NCBI GenBank assembly: GCA_037128935.1
Contig: JBAXVQ010000004.1
Coordinates: 1-58,541, forward strand
Length of the DNA: 58,541 nucleotides
From: a bacterium
GTDB lineage: Bacteria; Patescibacteriota; CG2-30-54-11; JBAXVQ01
Direction of reading: 5' to 3'
The notes under the pieces were generated by a model. The model searched no databases. It was not told the DNA's origin and saw only the letters and a list, made by a program, of their open reading frames with translations. Made by a program: the position numbers and the translations under genes. Of this stretch, positions 53,757-58,541 are shown in pieces (within the stretch, counting starts at the first letter, position 1; every line of letters starts with the position of its first letter).

Positions 53757-55568
53757 ATGACTAACTACACTACCCATCAGTACGACATCGTCATCATCGG
53801 AGCTGGAGGTGCAGGGCTGCGTGCGGCTATTGAGTCTTCAGCTGATCCCTCGGTCAAGGTTGCTATTGTTTGTAAATCTCTCCTCGGGAAAGCCCATACA
53901 GTTATGGCGGAGGGCGGAGCGGCAGCGGCTCTTGGTAATGTGGATAGTGAAGACAATTGGCAGGTGCATTTCCGAGACACGATGAAGGGTGGGAAGATGT
54001 TGAATAACTGGCGTATGGCACAGATTCATGCACAGGAATCACCAGATCGTATACGTGAACTTGAGCAATGGGGTGCGGTTTTTGATAGAACGCCTGAAGG
54101 GTTAATCAGTCAAAGGCCTTTTGGTGGACATTCTTTCGCTCGACTGGCACACGTAGGTGATAGAACCGGTTTAGAAATGATTCGTACGCTTCAAGATCAC
54201 ACCGTGCATCAACGCGCTGATGTGTTTATGGAATATACGGTAACAAAACTACTGAAAGATGGGGATAGAGTTTCCGGTTTGCTTTCTTATGATCGAAATA
54301 CTGGGGACTTTCATGTGTTTAATGCGAAGGCTGTGGTGATGGCTACAGGTGGCTGCTGTCGCTGTTACCTTGTACAAACCAATTCTTGGGAAGGGACAGG
54401 TGATGGTCATGCATTAGCTTATGAGGCTGGAGCAGAGTTGATGGATATGGAGTTTTTGCAGTTCCACCCGACTGGAATGGTATGGCCACTGGGAGTAAAA
54501 GGGTTGTTGGTGACTGAAGGTGTGCGTGGAGATGGTGGAATTTTAAAAAATTCGGAAGGTGACCGGTTTATGTTTAAGTATATCCCTGATGCCTTCAAAA
54601 ATGACGTTGCAGATAACGAGGAAGAGGCAAACCGCTGGGCTCTTGGTGATCGGGCAAATAATCGTAAACCACCAGAATTGCTCACCAGAGACGTTGTTGC
54701 AAGAGCAATTAACACTGAAGTCAAAGCTGGAAGAGGAAGCGAGCATGGTGGTGTTATTTTGGATATTGCTTCCCAACGTGATCCTGAATTTATTCGTCGC
54801 AAGTTACCTAGTATGTACCATCAGTTTAAAGAGCTTGCTGGTGTTGATATCACCAAAGAAGCCATGGAAATTGGACCAACTGCTCACTATATTATGGGTG
54901 GTATTAAGGTAAATGCTGATACCTGTGAAAGTACTGTTCCGGGTCTTTTTGCTGCAGGCGAAGTAGCCGCTGGTTTACATGGGGCAAATAGACTTGGTGG
55001 AAATTCCCTTTCTGACTTAGTAGTTTTTGGCAAGCGAGCTGGCGAGTATGCTTTGAAATTGGCGAAGAGCAGCTCTTCTTTTCCTGCAATTCCTACACAA
55101 GTAATCGAACAGGCTATTTCTGAAGCAAGTACACCATTTTCTGAAAATCCTTCTGTAGGCGAGAATCCTTTTACCTTACAAAAGGAACTTCATGAGATCA
55201 TGGGCAGTTATTGCGGTATCATTCGCACCGATGCTGACATTAGAATTGGTATTAGCAAAATTGAGGAACTAAAAAAACGTGTCCCGAATTGTAAAGTTTC
55301 AAAAAATAAACAGCTAAATACAGGTTGGCATGCAGCTTTGGATATGAGACATTTGATAGTAGTAAGTGAAATGTTAGCTAGGGCCGCTCTGGAACGTACT
55401 GAGAGCCGCGGCGGACATACTCGTGAAGATTTCCCTGAGTACGATCCTGTACTCAGCAAACAGAATATCATTCTTAAAAAAGATGCTGCAGTGATGACTG
55501 TAAATCGTGTTCCTTTACCTGAAATGCCTACTGAATTACAAACAATTATTGCCGACCTTGATAAATAG
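53757..55568 (+). CDS. sdhA: Succinate dehydrogenase / fumarate reductase flavoprotein subunit
   Basis: Start taken at MTNYTTHQYDIVIIGAGGAGLRAA. FAD-attachment region HTVMAEGG, HPTG, and the active-site region ESRGGHTREDFP. Confidence 0.92.
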   Translation: MTNYTTHQYDIVIIGAGGAGLRAAIESSADPSVKVAIVCKSLLGKAHTVMAEGGAAAALGNVDSEDNWQVHFRDTMKGGKMLNNWRMAQIHAQESPDRIRELEQWGAVFDRTPEGLISQRPFGGHSFARLAHVGDRTGLEMIRTLQDHTVHQRADVFMEYTVTKLLKDGDRVSGLLSYDRNTGDFHVFNAKAVVMATGGCCRCYLVQTNSWEGTGDGHALAYEAGAELMDMEFLQFHPTGMVWPLGVKGLLVTEGVRGDGGILKNSEGDRFMFKYIPDAFKNDVADNEEEANRWALGDRANNRKPPELLTRDVVARAINTEVKAGRGSEHGGVILDIASQRDPEFIRRKLPSMYHQFKELAGVDITKEAMEIGPTAHYIMGGIKVNADTCESTVPGLFAAGEVAAGLHGANRLGGNSLSDLVVFGKRAGEYALKLAKSSSSFPAIPTQVIEQAISEASTPFSENPSVGENPFTLQKELHEIMGSYCGIIRTDADIRIGISKIEELKKRVPNCKVSKNKQLNTGWHAALDMRHLIVVSEMLARAALERTESRGGHTREDFPEYDPVLSKQNIILKKDAAVMTVNRVPLPEMPTELQTIIADLDK

Positions 55569-55585
55569 TTACTGAGGATTTTAAT

Positions 55586-56062
55586 ATGAAGAACATTTAT
55601 TATTTCTTTTCACTGTTTTTTCTACTGCTGATTGTCTCAGGTTGTTCTCCTACACCAGAGCAAAAACCAGCTGCCCCTGAGATAACAGTTATTCCTGTTT
55701 CACCACAAGCAAATCTTACACCGGCTGCAAGTGGCGAAATTTTGAAAGCGTATGCATCATCACCTAAAAAAAGTATTGTTGTTGAAAAATCAGCTGAGAA
55801 AGCTGTTAATTCTTTAGATGCGAGTGCTCAAAAACTGGTTACTGGTGGAACAGCAAAAGAACCCAATTATGTTGAATTTGTTGAAGATAGTGGCAACCGA
55901 GCACTTTTAACCTATTGCTCAACGCCAGTTGGGTGTCCGGTATTGATTATCATGAGGAAAGTGAACAATACTTGGGACGTGGAACGAGAGATAGATATGC
56001 GAACAAACACTACAGGATTTGACCCAACTAAGGATGATTGGGCAACTTACGATTTTAAATAG
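55586..56062 (+). CDS. Lipoprotein of unknown function between sdhA and sdhB
   Basis: 158 aa. Lipobox LLLIVSG|C. Confidence 0.65.
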   Translation: MKNIYYFFSLFFLLLIVSGCSPTPEQKPAAPEITVIPVSPQANLTPAASGEILKAYASSPKKSIVVEKSAEKAVNSLDASAQKLVTGGTAKEPNYVEFVEDSGNRALLTYCSTPVGCPVLIIMRKVNNTWDVEREIDMRTNTTGFDPTKDDWATYDFK

Positions 56063-56100
56063 TTTCAACACTTTCATTTTTTATAGTAAGGCATATTATC

Positions 56101-56832
56101 ATGCAAAAACGTCTGTTTAAAATCTTTCGAGGTACGCAGCAGAATGGCAAGCTAGTTGAGTATGAAACTGAAATTCCTGAAGGTATGGTTGTTCTTGATG
56201 CTATTCATCAAATCCAAGCGACGCAGGCACCGGATCTAGGTGTTCGTTGGAATTGTAAAGCTGGAAAATGTGGTTCTTGTAGTGCGGAAGTTAATGGGAA
56301 GCCTAAACTGATGTGTCTTTGTCGTGTGAAGGACTTGCCTCAGGATAAACCTATTACAGTTAGCCCATTGAAGGCATTTCCAGTGATTAAAGATCTTGTA
56401 ACTGATGTTTCTTGGAATTATTTGCAAAATAAACGAATTACCAAGTTCTCACCTGATGCGAACACGGACTGGAAAATGTTTCAGCATGATGTTGATCGGG
56501 TGCAGGAATTTCGCAAGTGTATTGAATGTTTTCTTTGTCAAAATGTCTGCCATGTGTTGAGAACGCACCAGAAACATGCTGATTTTTCAGGTCCACGTTT
56601 TTTTGTCAGAGCGGCTTCGCTCGATATGCACCCATTGGATAAGGCTAGTCGAATACAGTTTCTCAAGAAGAACGGTGGTTTGGGACTTTGTAATATTACC
56701 AAGTGTTGTACTGAAGTTTGTCCTGAATATATTCATATCACTGACAACGCCATCATCCCGATGAAAGAACGTGTTGCAGATAAATACTATGATCCGTTGA
56801 AGTGGTTGTTGGGGAAAATGACTGGGAAGTAG
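56101..56832 (+). CDS. sdhB: Succinate dehydrogenase / fumarate reductase iron-sulfur subunit
   Basis: 243 aa. 2Fe-2S CKAGKCGSCSAEVNG…C, 4Fe-4S CIECFLCQNVC, 3Fe-4S CNITKCCTEVCP. Confidence 0.92.
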   Translation: MQKRLFKIFRGTQQNGKLVEYETEIPEGMVVLDAIHQIQATQAPDLGVRWNCKAGKCGSCSAEVNGKPKLMCLCRVKDLPQDKPITVSPLKAFPVIKDLVTDVSWNYLQNKRITKFSPDANTDWKMFQHDVDRVQEFRKCIECFLCQNVCHVLRTHQKHADFSGPRFFVRAASLDMHPLDKASRIQFLKKNGGLGLCNITKCCTEVCPEYIHITDNAIIPMKERVADKYYDPLKWLLGKMTGK

Positions 56833-56878
56833 TTCAGTATACTGATTTTTTTCTGATCTTTAAGCTAGCGATCAAACT

Positions 56879-57286
56879 TTATTTGCAAAGTGCATCCTGA
56901 GGATGTTCACCACAGTAGGCTTGCTTTATTGAGTTTAGTCTTTCATTTTCTTGTGTTTGTTTATCAACTTCAGTTTCGAGATCACTACTTCTTGTTTGGC
57001 ATTCTTCTAGCTGTTTTTGATACAGATTTGGGTCTTGAACGGATTTTGCTGTGTATTTGTCTGCTGCATTTTGGTTGAATAACGTTGTTGAACCAAAGCC
57101 AAGAACAAACATAAGAACTAGCGTTACCGGCCAGAGAAATTTTTGTTGAGCATGGAAAAGAGCGAGTAATTCATCAGGTTGGAAGATCGCTTTCTCTTCC
57201 TTTACCTTGGTTTCTTGCTGATCAAGAAATTGTGGATACTCTGGTTGATTTTTCTTTTTTCTATCCTGTGGGTGGATAATTTTCAT
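56879..57286 (-). CDS. Single-TM coiled-coil protein with C-terminal C-x8-C motif (paralog pair, member 2)
   Basis: 135 aa. FQPDELLALFHAQQKFLWPVTLVLMFVLGFGS … YCGEHPQDALCK. Confidence 0.55.
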   Translation of the reverse strand: MKIIHPQDRKKKNQPEYPQFLDQQETKVKEEKAIFQPDELLALFHAQQKFLWPVTLVLMFVLGFGSTTLFNQNAADKYTAKSVQDPNLYQKQLEECQTRSSDLETEVDKQTQENERLNSIKQAYCGEHPQDALCK

Positions 57287-57297
57287 TGGTTTTCCTT

Positions 57298-57732
57298 TTA
57301 TTTTTTTGATGCGTTGCTTGTTTCTTTACAAAGGGTTAACTCTGGATGATCGAGGCACAGTAATTTTTTTAGTTCCCGAATTTGTTTTTCTTGTTGTAGG
57401 ATAGTGTCTTGTCCTTCTGCTTTTTCTCTTTCTATGATGTCGATTGTATTCTGATAGGCATCGCAAATATCTGCGCTTTCTGGTTGACGAAGCGTTTTAG
57501 CTTGGTAGTCTGTAGGTTGATTTAAAAAGGAGTTTGAAGAGAAACCGATCGTAAAAACAAGCACAAGTGAGAGTGGCCAGATGATTTTTTGTTTGTTTTT
57601 TAGAGATTGAAAAAGTTCTTCGGGGCTAAAAATGGCTTTGAGGTGATCGCTTTTTTCAGTTAGAGCATCAGTAGACTGTGTTTCGGAAGTCTGTTGTTGG
57701 GATTTTGGTTGTTGATTTTGGTCTTCTGGCAT
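57298..57732 (-). CDS. Single-TM coiled-coil protein with C-terminal C-x8-C motif (paralog pair, member 1)
   Basis: 144 aa. FSPEELFQSLKNKQKIIWPLSLVLVFTIGFSS … LCLDHPELTLCKE. Confidence 0.55.
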   Translation of the reverse strand: MPEDQNQQPKSQQQTSETQSTDALTEKSDHLKAIFSPEELFQSLKNKQKIIWPLSLVLVFTIGFSSNSFLNQPTDYQAKTLRQPESADICDAYQNTIDIIEREKAEGQDTILQQEKQIRELKKLLCLDHPELTLCKETSNASKK

Positions 57733-57917
57733 TTGTTTATAGTTTTATTAAATCTTAAAATTGTAGCAAGAAATGGCTTTACTGTCAATAGATTACGACT
57801 AACTATTAACAAATAATTTGTTTATATTTTCTAATTATATATCCTACTTTTTCTTTTAACCACTTACTTTATACTATTTTTTCACTTCATAATTTCATTA
57901 TTTCTCATTTATTACTC

Positions 57918-57946
57918 TTGACATAAAGACGTCTTTATGGTAAAAC
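57918..57946 (+). promoter_or_regulatory. Sigma-70-like promoter whose spacer is an 18-bp perfect palindrome (candidate operator)
   Basis: TTGACA (57918-23), 17 nt, TAAAAC (57941-46). CATAAAGACGTCTTTATG (57922-39) is a perfect inverted repeat. AGGAGG (57966-71) lies 8 nt before the ATG at 57980. Confidence 0.45.
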
Positions 57947-57979
57947 TGCATCAATCTTAATTCCCAGGAGGAATTGTTG

Positions 57980-58513
57980 ATGAGAAGATCAAGACCTTAT
58001 GATGGTGGAACTGCGTTACATAAACTTCGAATAGAGACCTCTCGACTAATTAATCCAAGGGCTATTAATGACCTTACTTCACTTAGCAATAATCCGAGTA
58101 CACCTCCTGAACAACTCTTAGTTGCAGCTTGGTATGCGGATCGGGCTAGTCGTAGATCCCGAAATCCTAACCCAGAAATAGCTGCAGCTAGACGAGCATG
58201 TGTTACTAGACTGAGAGATAATTACCCAACTACTGAATATATGACAGGCGTTATTTCTGACCTTACGAGTAGAAATGAGGATCGTCGTCTTGCTGCTGAG
58301 GGAGTGTTTCAAATTGCGTTTGAGGCTAATCCGGCTTCAACAGTTGCTGTTTTAGCTGAAATGAGTAGACCTTTTATTGATGGAAGTTCGTATCGTCGAG
58401 ATTATTATAGGGATAGAGAGCGAGTTGTAAGAGCTGCTAGTTTGCTACTAAGACAGGTAGAGCAATATGCTACTTTTAAAAACTTGTTAGGTAGTGTTAA
58501 CATAAAATCTTAA
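57980..58513 (+). CDS. Hypothetical helical protein
   Basis: 177 aa from the ATG at 57980 (track start is TTG at 57974). Strong SD. No recognisable family. Confidence 0.55.
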   Translation: MRRSRPYDGGTALHKLRIETSRLINPRAINDLTSLSNNPSTPPEQLLVAAWYADRASRRSRNPNPEIAAARRACVTRLRDNYPTTEYMTGVISDLTSRNEDRRLAAEGVFQIAFEANPASTVAVLAEMSRPFIDGSSYRRDYYRDRERVVRAASLLLRQVEQYATFKNLLGSVNIKS

Positions 58514-58541
58514 CAAGTAATGCAATCAATCCCAAAAAAAT

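Overview
Low-GC (roughly 38-40% by eye) bacterial contig. SmpB, tmRNA and LspA mark it as bacterial. The lineage looks uncultivated and cannot be placed from sequence alone.

The left third (1-21 kb) reads as a defence and competition island:
- A type I R-M pair, hsdM plus the 5' part of hsdS, split by a MITE-like element.
- A pRiA4b-ORF3-like gene.
- A 7.4-kb secreted SpvB/FG-GAP/RHS (Tc-BC-like) polymorphic toxin with an overlapping candidate immunity gene.
- An array of four small-ORF cassettes downstream of the toxin, delimited by five same-orientation copies of a ~105-bp double-hairpin repeat.
- A three-gene mcrB-mcrC-DUF2779 operon. An IS630-family element has landed exactly between the Shine-Dalgarno sequence and the start codon of mcrB.

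The remainder is mostly housekeeping and envelope genes:
- Two tandem GT2 genes.
- smpB, a secreted protein, then ssrA.
- A RumA-type methyltransferase.
- An XrtG-type exosortase, processive GT2 and large membrane protein cassette.
- yvcK and lspA.
- Two archaeal-type purP paralogs flanking an ArnT-like GT-C.
- serS, htrA and a pabB-pabC fusion.
- An Sdh1-type sdhC-like/sdhA/sdhB operon interrupted by five tightly packed genes from two unknown paralog families and by a lipoprotein gene.

No CRISPR array, rRNA or tRNA was found.

The most interesting items are the repeat-delimited cassette array, the McrBC+DUF2779 operon and its IS insertion, the Thr/Pro tandem-repeat insertion inside the RHS shell, and the paralog families embedded in the sdh operon.

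All functional calls rest on motif recognition by eye. No database searches were run.
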